From: Octopus bimaculoides | Taxonomy: Eukaryota | Length of the DNA: 64,000 nucleotides | Direction of reading: 5' to 3' | Assembly: GCF_001194135.2 (NCBI RefSeq) | Contig: NC_068995.1 | Location: 53,684,644-53,748,643 of the forward strand | Shown: positions 53,569-64,000 of the stretch, piece after piece | Numbering within the stretch: the stretch's first letter is position 1 | How the letters are laid out: every line of letters starts with the position of its first letter | Notes under the pieces: model-generated | Told to the model about the DNA's origin: nothing | Databases searched by the model: none | What the model saw: the letters and a program-made list of their open reading frames with translations, nothing else | Program-made: the position numbers and the translations under genes

Positions 53569-53700
53569 TATTCTTTTCTATTCTATGCACAAGGCCGGAA
53601 ATTTCTGGGGAGGAGGTCAGTTGATTAGATCTACCCCAGTAGGCAACTGGTACTTAATTTATCGATCCCGAAAGGGTGAAAAGCAAAGTCGACCTCAGCA
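53569..53700 (-). mobile_element. SINE family B, 3' half
   Basis: ttctattctatgcacaaggccggaaatttc...actggtacttaatttatcgatcccgaaagggtgaaaagcaaagtcgacctc. Confidence 0.9.
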
Positions 53701-54841
53701 CTTTCTGCAACTTTGCACAGACCTCTGAGCAGGTATCGCCACGACAACTTTCTTTCTCATGGTCAATGCGACGATCACATATGCTACACACCTTCCTTCC
53801 AAGAACTGCCGTAAACAGAAGAATTGAGCTTGAACGTTAGACATTAGTGCGCATGCACAGCAGTGTAAGTATTTGCGAATTGACTTTATTCTGCATGCTT
53901 TAGCTTTGTTACTATGGCACCAGTCCTGGTACTTATTGATCAGACCGCGTATGCGTATTGCTTGTGTGAATGTGTTATTCGCAACTTCTTAACGTTGGTA
54001 ATATGTTTCTAAAAAGACTTTAAAGAAATATATGCTGTCGAATTTACTTGCCGCATATTTGCATTCCTCTTTCTTCTCTCTTTTATCATCGTTTTTATCT
54101 ATAGTTACTATGTGACTGTGAATGTGTGAATGGGGAGTAACGAAAATTAAGTATCTAAGCTAACCTACACAGAATTTCTTCTTTTAGTTGCAACAGCTCA
54201 AGTAGTATTTCCCAATATAGAGTGCTCGTAACTCCAGTGGGTACTAAAACTTACTTCAGTGGGTGCTGGAAAAGTTTTCGTGATAAACATTTTTCTTATG
54301 TTAAATCTTCTTACCATCAAAATGTCAGAACATTCCAGCAAAAAAAAAGTAAGAAAACTGCACATGTCGCAAACACGTTGGTAGTCATTTTATTCGATTT
54401 TCTACGTGTTTCTCTTTTCGTTACTATGACACCACATCTGTCTAAGCATTTCTATCTTCCTCTTTCAGTATATCTCTACCTTACGCATCCTCCACACAGC
54501 CACACAGAATTCGTCGTTATGTAATTTGGTTATTTCTACTTGTACACCTGTTTTCAACTTTTGTTTTCAACTTTTATATTGTAATAAAATCTAAAGCAAC
54601 ATACTAATCTCTAGTGAGGATAATTCTTACTCTTACTCTCCCTTACAGGGTATATTCATATGTCTGTTTGTGTGGACAGTTAAGGACGGTATGTGATTCC
54701 AATGTACCTGCAAACCAAGTCCATACTATTGACTAATTAAACCTCAGTAACATCTCTGATGATCAGAAAATAGAACAACAAAATGCCGTGCATGGTTCAA
54801 TATATCAGAAACGATCTTGGAGGTTTCAATCGAGCAAAACG

Positions 54842-54871
54842 TAACCCTAACCCTAACCCTAACCCTAACCC
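54842..54871 (-). repeat. Interstitial telomere-type repeat (TTAGGG)5
   Basis: (taaccc)5 on the + strand. Confidence 0.9.
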
Positions 54872-55021
54872 TTCGAATAAAAAAAAATAATAAACAGTAA
54901 GACCGAGAAGCATTCAATAAGCAGATGCCTCGAGTTTGTTTTTTAAACTTTATAAAAAACTTCATTTGGACGAATTCGGTAAATTCCCTCCGTTGCCAAA
55001 CCAAGACCAATTACATACATA

Positions 55022-55128
55022 CAAGGTGAAATAAAATGTCTTGCTCAAAGACACGATGCGTCGCTAAGAATTGAACTCGTGACCTTACGATCGTCAGCCG
55101 AATACCCTAACCACTAATCTATCGCCTT
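55022..55128 (-). mobile_element. SINE family C, 5' tRNA-like head
   Basis: The reverse complement reads tagtggttagggtattcggctgacgatcgtaaggtcacgagttcaattc...tgtctttgagcaagacattttatttcac. Confidence 0.78.
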
Positions 55129-55708
55129 CACAAAAACACACACAGCACCACTACCACACCACACCTCACACAAGCTACATACAAGCCACACACAAGTCAC
55201 ACACACAGACACATACCCCCCCCACACACATACGCATATAAATAAGTGAAAACGTAACATGTACAAGAAATGGTGAATTGATAAAGTTTATCGTTTTATA
55301 ACATAATTATCTTTAAATGATTATTCTTATTTTCCCCTAAGATTCCATTTAATGATCATGAGTTTGCACTTTATGCTTCTACGACTATTCTGTTCCTTCG
55401 TTCTCTGTATGTTTTTGTTTTCGTTCCTTTGTTTTTACATTATTTTCTTTGACATTTGATTTTTCTGTCTGTAGAGTGCTGAAATATTATGCCGACGTAA
55501 GTACATCACGTGGAAAATGAAAATCTGATTTAACAAAGTTTCTTTTTCACAACACTCACTTGAGGAATTGTATATGCTAGTATTGGTGAGTGATGCTAAT
55601 TAATGTAGTGTCGTTTATAACATATGCAACATTCATCAATGAACAGCTGGTAATACTGTGTTGAAACAATTATAGATATGTGTAATAATCTATAATAATT
55701 GTCTTTAA

Positions 55709-55762
<54 letters not shown>

Positions 55763-55965
55763 ATATCCGGCTTGACGTAGATGTATTGTAAGAAAACCGA
55801 ATTGGCTTAGAGTCTCTTATACAGTCTTTGTTGCATAAAAGCACATAAACATTGTCAGCTACCGCTATTTCCGTGCACTTAAGCACGAGATGTCTATACC
55901 AGATGCTTTCACAAGACAAATACTACAGTATTACGGCTTTCATACAAAATCCACACGTTAGCTAG

Positions 55966-56012
<47 letters not shown>

Positions 56013-56339
56013 NNNNNNNNNNNNNNNNNNNNNNNNNNNNNNNNNNNNNNNNNNNNNNNNNNNNNNNNNNNNNNNNNNNNNNNNNNNNNNNNNNNNNNNN
56101 NNNNNNNNNNNNNNNNNNNNNNNNNNNNNNNNNNNNNNNNNNNNNNNNNNNNNNNNNNNNNNNNNNNNNNNNNNNNNNNNNNNNNNNNNNNNNNNNNNNN
56201 NNNNNNNNNNNNNNNNNNNNNNNNNNNNNNNNNNNNNNNNNNNNNNNNNNNNNNNNNNNNNNNNNNNNNNNNNNNNNNNNNNNNNNNNNNNNNNNNNNNN
56301 NNNNNNNNNNNNNNNNNNNNNNNNNNNNNNNNNNNNNNN

Positions 56340-56375
<36 letters not shown>

Positions 56376-58370
56376 GAGTGTTTTCTGAACATAAGTGAGT
56401 GAGTGTGTGTGTGCGTGTGTCAAGTAAAAATTCCTTTCGCATTCTAATTCACAGAAAGGCCATTGACAAAAAAAATATACGTTCCCTAGAAATAGTAGAA
56501 CCTCTCCCTTCACAAGATAGAGAAGGAAAATAGCCGAGGGAATTCTCTCTGCAATAATGTGATGGTGGGCCAAGTTGTGGAAGTAACTGAGGATATCCAA
56601 ATGACAAACGATCTGACATGATCTCACTGCCTCAATCATTATTCAAATGAATAAATCAACTGAAATCTGAGACATGAGCCAAATTTGTGTGTATGACTTT
56701 ATGTTGATGTCTCTTAGGATCAGTTTCTGTTTTCTAGGGCATTGCCATTTACTATAAAAGCTATTGATGTCTCAATGACAATATTTCTAACTTAATGAAT
56801 TGGAATAGGGCCTTCAGAGATGTGTGTGTAATGATGGAAAATATTCAGAGTTTACAAAATTACGTCACATTTGTTGTAGATTGTAATACTTGCTATAAAA
56901 AGTTATCACTGTATATCACTTTCAGCATACGAAAGCTGTGTGAACGTCACTACAGAAATTTCGTGGATGTTATAGTCAAAAGTGAATTTCATTGGAGTCC
57001 AAGTTCTCAATCGTATGACATCTTTATGTCTTTCTGCGAGAAATTTGCAAGTGAATATAGAGCATTGTTTCTCTATTGTGTTATTATTATTATTATTATA
57101 TTATATCTGAAGAAATTGCCAGTTTCTTCCATGAGTCTAGAAACAATTAGATAAAGCACGTTTCAGAATTATAAATTCGTTTTGGCTGTTGGACATTTAT
57201 TAGACTTATTCAAACACTCGAATAAAATAAATTTCACAATGAAGAAATTGAGAGAAAACAGGTAGTAGCATCTCGAAAGGATTGAGGTATTTTAAGAAAA
57301 AAAAAAGCCTTATTTAGGATTATTTAAATGTAAGACAATTTTTCTTATCAGTTCTCCTGCCTGTTGGAAGGATTGAAGCAGAGTTGGAAATCGATTCTTC
57401 GTTGAAAGAAGGAATTCTCAGTGTTTGAGAATACAGTAAAGTACATACCGTAAGGAAACTGTTGACGACCGGATCCGACAACCATTCTTATTGGACAAGG
57501 ACCTTAAAGAGGAGATTGTGAAACTACAAGGTAAGGAAGCCAACAAAATTCTTTTCCGATTCTTTGACAGAATTATTGTAAAAACAGTTAACTTGCAAAT
57601 ATAACATAAGAATCAATAATTTCTTTCCCAGCAACTTATCTTTCAGAATCTATATTTTCTACTGTGATGCATAGAAAATAATAAGACCACCAACAAAAAA
57701 ATAGAATTGAACCGCGTCTATGTCATGCGATTGGCGCTCACAAATACTACATCAAACATACAGAATCTAGTGAAAATAAGCAGAAAAAACAGTCAATAAT
57801 TTTATTTTTCTGTATTTTGTGTTAACCATGTTTGTTGCTAATCATGTGAAGATAGTGACTTTTATGAAGCTGGTTGTTTATTGACTATAAATGTTTTGTG
57901 ATAATTTTTTTAGTTTTCTTTTTTACAATTTCCACTATAATAAAATATATAAGACATAAAATCCAGTTAAACTTTAAATAATATTATGGACGTTTAATGA
58001 GGTGTGTTGGCCTATGTGACTTGTTATCAAAGGGTGGTTCGACAAGCAAAAGTTTGGAAATCACTCGTCTTAAGCCTTTTCATCTTTGTCAATATATATG
58101 ATTTGCTAAAGTTGTTTAGTGTGTACCCGTAATATCACGTGTAAAAGTAGTCAGCTCCAGCGATACGAAACACCTTACGCCAAGTCTATGTTATATATTG
58201 ACACTACTTATTTTGTTTTACACTACAGGTATCATTATTTATTGGAAGATGAATGAGCATCACAGCGTCGCTGGTTTGTTCAAAACAACTGCTTTCAGTA
58301 TACTTAATAAATCAATAGCAGGAGATTGTAAGAAATATGGATTGGCAGAATATTTACAACTCCGCGAAAA

Positions 58371-58580
58371 TAATCTTTTCTACTCTAGGCACAAGGCCGA
58401 ACATTGTTTGGGGATGTGGCCAGTCGTTTAGATCGACCCCAAAAACGCAACTGGTACTTAATTTATCGACTCCGAAAGGATGAAAGGCAAGGTCGACCTT
58501 GGCGTAACTTGAACTCAAAATGTAACGACAGATGAAATACCTCTAGGCATTTCACCCGGCGTGCTAACCACTCTGCCAGG
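58371..58580 (-). mobile_element. SINE family B, near full length
   Basis: ttctactctaggcacaaggccg...actggtacttaatttatcgactccgaaaggatgaaaggcaaggtcgacc...ggcgtgctaaccactctgcc. Confidence 0.92.
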
Positions 58581-60558
58581 GTGCACACAAGCGCATACAC
58601 GAAAACACACGCAAACGCACGCGCGCGGAAACAGAGATGAATACATACACAAACACATGCACACACATATGCAAACGCGCGCGCGCACACACACGTACAA
58701 ACACATACACATACACATACATGCACGCACGGATGCGTGTATTGGTGGAATTTGAACTGAGTATGTGGAATCCGTACATTTGCCCCAAAGCATTTTTCTG
58801 ACAAATTAACGGTTCTGCCAAGCGATTGTCTTGGTAAATGTGTTCGATGTCCATAAATGAATAGGTTGGGTGGGGGAGAAGCACACGCTTGCAGTGTGTA
58901 ATAGTAGACAGTCATCGACATCATTTGTGAAGTCAAAACGAAAAAAAGTAAGAACATCTCAGCATGGTCTCTCGAACTCCTAAACATGGCAGCCTTATTT
59001 CCCTCAGAATTCACCTGACTATTCTCAAAAGAAGCATTAAATACATCAAAAAAGAAAAAAGAATGAAGTTGTTATGGTTTGAAGGAATTCGATAATTAGA
59101 CAAATCGATCATAATTGAGCAAAGACTACAAAAAATAATAACAAGAACTCCAACACTGATAAAAACGTAGTCAGAAAATGGTGCGAGTCGGTACAAGTGG
59201 GAAAACATTTCTTTTGGATCTCTCTTATATCAAACAATTTTTGCACGAAAGGATGGTATTTCAGAAATATTTTACTGCTATTTCTTGCAAGAGAATCAGC
59301 CACGTACAAGCTATTTCACTGTCTCGTAAAACTGGATATTTAGGTTCCGAAGATTCTATGGTTTTGCATGCTTTTTATAGTGAGGTTATTTAGGATTACA
59401 GGATTCAGCTTGGAATTAAATGAGTGTTATTGGTTGCTGGTGAGGCTTTGCACCAGGTATAATCTGATGGAGCTTACCTGTACTCAAGAGAGCGCCAGTC
59501 GATTAAACCAGTTCGTCAGGTTTCTTTAGACGCTGTAAATCTAGACCGTCATAAAATTCAATATGTCTGTATAATTTTAAAACGTTAGCAGCCATTTTGC
59601 TACGATGCCTAATAAGTCAAAAGCTCGCGAACGGATCAATTTCAGCTGAGATACTATCAAATCGGTTTTTAAGGTCTTAATATATCTAGGACTCCACTGT
59701 CCTATGTGTATATATATATATATTTTTAAGATGGTAGGATAACATATTTGAAGAAATTTTGGTGTTATGTCTAATAAGTTAAGTGCCGGCTACCGGATAA
59801 ATTTTGGCATTGCATACGTCTTAGCTCATACCATCAAGCATTTTTTAAAGGCTAAGTGTATCTAGAACTCTGTGATATAATGTTCTGACATTTTCTTGCT
59901 TTAAAGTCAGGATAAACAATCATAACTGACTTGCAGCTAAGCAAGAGCAACATTCACGGAATCATTGATAGCAACAGTAAGAGATTAATACTAAGAATAG
60001 CTGCAACGTGTGTAGAATCAATAAAACCAACAACTGCGAGTCTAAAATATGATGATGAGGAAGATGAAGTAGAAGGAGGCTAATATCAACAACAACAATA
60101 ACAACAACAACAACAACAACAAGAACAACAATAATAATAATAATTATTATTATCTTTATTATTATCCTACGCGATTCAATAGTACAACCCAAATAAAACA
60201 TCCACAAACAGAAGGCACACTGTACAGTAAATATTCAATAAAATCAACAGCCCTCAGAATATGCACTCTACCGGTCCGATACCCAACAGAAGAACACAAC
60301 TAGCAATACGTAGACAAACACAAAATACAAAAACGATACACAAAAAGACTGAATCTAAATCCGATATAACAGCGAGCGCAATTCAATACCGGAGAAACAT
60401 TGCATTTCACGAGCAACAAAAACAAAACAAAAAACAACACAATACTGCACACACTTGAGGAACGCGGAGGTGTAGCAGGTGATGCCACACGGATGCGTAG
60501 CCTGCAACTAAATGTCGAATAATAATAATGATAATAATAATAATAATAATAATAATAA

Positions 60559-60747
60559 AAGCACCGAAGGCCGGACATAGTAACTTTTAAGAGGGACAAA
60601 CAAGAGGGCCTAATAACTGACATAGCAGTACCAGGAGATCAACACATCATCATGAAAGAAAGAGAAAATGTCGATAAATATGGAAACCTGAGAATTGAGA
60701 TCACCAAGATGTGGCAACTACGAGAGTGAAATATAAAGGTTGTCCCG
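60559..60747 (+). mobile_element. Restriction-like endonuclease (RLE) C-terminal fragment of an R4/Dong-type non-LTR retrotransposon
   Basis: Translation KHRRPDIVTFKRDKQEGLITDIAVPGDQHIIMKERENVDKYGNLRIEITKMWQLRE*NIKVVP shows the RPD-x(12-14)-D..P and K..KY pattern of RLE-LINE endonucleases, with one in-frame stop. Confidence 0.87.
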
Positions 60748-60889
60748 AGTGAAAAAAACAAACAATATATACGCTCACACACACACATTCTTCCAAACGC
60801 GCGCACGTACCCCCTCCCAACAGCACACACACACTCTTACACACACAGATGCAGACGTTTCCAGATATATATATTTTTTCTTTTATTTT

Positions 60890-61094
60890 TTATTTCTTTC
60901 AGTCATTTGAGTGCGACCATGCTGGAGCATCACCTTTAGTCGAACAAATCGATCCCATGACTTATTCTTTGGAAGCCTAGTGCTTATTTATCGGTATCTT
61001 TTGTCGAACCGCTAAGTTACGGGGAAGTAAACACACCAACATCAGTTGTCAAGCGATGGTGGGGAGACAAACACAGACACACAAACACACACAC
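60890..61094 (-). mobile_element. SINE family A, 3' half, running into an N gap
   Basis: tttcagtcatttgagtgcgaccatgctggagcatcacctttagtcg...ccgctaagttacggggaagtaaacacacc. Confidence 0.9.
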
Positions 61095-61789
61095 NNNNNN
61101 NNNNNNNNNNNNNNNNNNNNNNNNNNNNNNNNNNNNNNNNNNNNNNNNNNNNNNNNNNNNNNNNNNNNNNNNNNNNNNNNNNNNNNNNNNNNNNNNNNNN
61201 NNNNNNNNNNNNNNNNNNNNNNNNNNNNNNNNNNNNNNNNNNNNNNNNNNNNNNNNNNNNNNNNNNNNNNNNNNNNNNNNNNNNNNNNNNNTCTCTCTTT
61301 CTCTCTTTCTCCCTATATATATATATATATGTATACTTATCTGTATGCATGCATGTATGCGTGTATGTATCTCTCTCTCTTTTTTTGTTTGTTTGTCTGT
61401 CTGTCTGTTTGTCTCTCTTTCTCTCTTTCTCTCTTTCTCCCTATATATATATATATATGTGTGTGTGTGTAAACCATGTGGGAGAGAGTGAAACCAAGAA
61501 ACTTCTGCCACTTCAGTGACGTATAACAGAGCAGCGGAGATTTTCTTTGGAAGCTGATATAATTGATGATTGTTGCATAAAACTGCAGTTTTATTGTAGC
61601 ATGTGTATGAAGTGATTGTGAATTAACTTTGCATGGAGAGTATAACAATGTAATCCAGCTGAGATGTTGAAAAGAAAAGAGCGCAATCACACGCATTGAA
61701 TTTTAATAGTCAGAAGTGAAATAAGGTGAAATATATTGATCGCGATTGAAAGATAAAAAGACATATGCAGAGATGTATACACATCTGTA

Positions 61790-61972
61790 CATGCATGCAT
61801 GTATGTAATGTATGTGTGTATGTATGCATGTATATATGTATGTATGTATATGTGTGTATATGTGTATGTATGTATGTATGTATGTATGTATATATCTATG
61901 TATGTATGCATGCATCTATATATGTATGTATGCATGTATGTATGCATGTATGTATGTATGTATGTATGTATG
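61790..61972. repeat. (TATG)n imperfect microsatellite
   Basis: Direct inspection. Confidence 0.95.
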
Positions 61973-62950
61973 CGTTCACAGTATGCAGTGAGATCCAGCA
62001 TGACCCTTGTCCATTAGTCTATTTACAGTGTTTACCTGACTGATAATCTGTGTTTTATCCAGATTATACAACATATTTTACAGTCATTCTGTAAGAGTTT
62101 TCGGTGGAAAGTCGAAGATGTCGTCAACATTTTCCTGNNNNNNNNNNNNNNNNNNNNNNNNNNNNNNNNNNNNNNNNNNNNNNNNNNNNNNNNNNNNNNN
62201 NNNNNNNNNNNNNNNNNNNNNNNNNNNNNNNNNNNNNNNNNNNNNNNNNNNNNNNNNNNNNNNNNNNNNNNNNNNNNNNNNNNNNNNNNNNNNNNNNNNN
62301 NNNNNNNNNNNNNNNNNNNNNNNNNNNNNNNNNNNNNNNNNNNNNNNNNNNNNNNNNNNNNNNNNNNNNNNNNNNNNNNNNNNNNNNNNNNNNNNNNNNN
62401 NNNNNNNNNNNNNNNNNNNNNNNNNNNNNNNNNNNNNNNNNNNNNNNNNNNNNNNNNNNNNNNNNNNNNNNNNNNNNNNNNNNNNNNNNNNNNNNNNNNN
62501 NNNNNNNNNNNNNNNNNNNNNNNNNNNNNNNNNNNNNNNNNNNNNNNNNNNNNNNNNNNNNNNNNNNNNNNNNNNNNNNNNNNNNNNNNNNNNNNNNNNN
62601 NNNNNNNNNNNNNNNNNNNNNNNNNNNNNNNNNNNNNNNNNNNNNNNNNNNNNNNNNNNNNNNNNNNNNNNNNNNNNNNNNNNNNNNNNNNNNNNNNNNN
62701 NNNNNNNNNNNNNNNNNNNNNNNNNNNNNNNNNNNNNNNNNNNNNNNNNNNNNNNNNNNNNNNNNNNNNNNNNNNNNNNNNNNNNNNNNNNNNNNNNNNN
62801 NNNNNNNNNNNNNNNNNNNNNNNNNNNNNNNNNNNNNNNNNNNNNNNNNNNNNNNNNNNNNNNNNNNNNNNNNNNNNNNNNNNNNNNNNNNNNNNNNNNN
62901 NNNNNNNNNNNNNNNNNNNNNNNNNNNNNNNNNNNNNNNNNNNNNNNNNN

Positions 62951-63062
62951 AAAAAATAAATACCTTATATAAGTTAGACATCACTATAAATATATGTACA
63001 TCAATTCAGTGAAATCAAACGCACATATAACATGCAAAAGTATGAGAACCTGAAGAGGATAG
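62951..63062 (+). repeat. 112-bp direct repeat (second copy 63889-64000, may continue past the window)
   Basis: Identical except for one substitution (gtac vs atac). The first copy starts at an N-gap edge. Confidence 0.95.
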
Positions 63063-63370
63063 AAAAAGAATGACAGAAAATCAGTGGGAAGCCTGCTGAA
63101 AAATGACCAATATTTATTGTTACCGTTATCTTTGAAGTAACACCACCTTTTGATTGCATGTGGAGGAGAGCGTTTCTCAGAGATAAGTGATTCATGTGCA
63201 ACAATTGGAATATTACTGATGTTATTTTGCCAACCAGATCAATGGAAAACCTGCATATATGCACAGCTATAGAATATGCATGTGAATTCGGCATCGGCAC
63301 GTGAATATGTACATTTATATATTGATACAGGCACATATATACATATCCATACACATGCACATAAATGCAC

Positions 63371-63405
<35 letters not shown>

Positions 63406-63570
63406 CATATATATATATAAGCATACATACACGTAACGTACCAACCACACATACCCATGCTTATGGATTTATATACATGTTCATTTATATATGTAGATAT
63501 ATACATATATACATACACACACTTATATATGGTATATATATATATATATATATANNNNNNNNNNATGAAC

Positions 63571-63603
<33 letters not shown>

Positions 63604-64000
63604 CACACACATATGGATACATATAATATATATACATACGAATACATATATTCATATCTATATATGAACACATATATTCATATATATATATATATATATT
63701 ATACATATAATATAAACCTATAATACATACATATATATATACAAGCACACGCACACACAGCGAGACACGCACACATATATATACATATGTGCATACATAT
63801 ATATACACATATAAATCTTTATATATGTAAGAAATTTTATATATATATAAGCATGAAGCTAAATTCTTTATATATACATATATATAGAAAAAAATAAATA
63901 CCTTATATAAGTTAGACATCACTATAAATATATATACATCAATTCAGTGAAATCAAACGCACATATAACATGCAAAAGTATGAGAACCTGAAGAGGATAG

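Noticed and set aside
54755-54775. CTGATGA-TCA-GAAA hammerhead-like string; also CTGACGA...GAAA near 47126
   Set aside because: No stem II can form between the core halves.
56795-57154. 119-aa ORF in non-repeat sequence (MNWNRAFRDV...)
   Set aside because: No recognisable motif or splice context. The faint resemblance to a transposase WPxxSPD motif is too weak.
57353-57600. Acceptor ttttcttatcag and donor CAAG|gtaagg around a protein-like stretch (KETVDDRIRQPFLLDKDLKEEIVKLQ)
   Set aside because: Stops in all frames between the good acceptor and the good donor. Possibly a decayed TE or pseudo-exon, unresolved.
63001-63450. 149-aa minus-strand ORF partly in unique sequence
   Set aside because: The N-terminal half is microsatellite, and the rest has no recognisable domain or good donor.

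Overview
Eukaryotic, AT-rich genomic DNA from a short-read-style assembly, with roughly 3.5 kb of N gaps, mostly inside microsatellites. The repeat families look like those of Octopus (recognised from memory, not searched). No host protein-coding gene can be identified with confidence, and most supplied ORFs are microsatellite or N-gap artefacts. Supported content: (i) abundant di-, tri- and tetranucleotide microsatellites; (ii) about 20 copies of three tRNA-derived SINE families; (iii) mariner DNA-transposon relics, namely a near full-length decayed transposase (20430-21335, -), an internally deleted and inverted element (5921-6519) and two MITEs; (iv) two non-LTR retrotransposon fragments, an RT domain (28560-29520, -) and an R4/Dong-type restriction-like endonuclease domain (60559-60747, +); (v) hammerhead-ribozyme-like motifs of the Penelope type, best at 47032-47058 (-) and all degenerate; (vi) a 95-bp-arm foldback element, local duplications and an interstitial (TTAGGG)5. 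A few candidate exons, including a signal-peptide-like ORF at 28066-28227, are low-confidence hypotheses.
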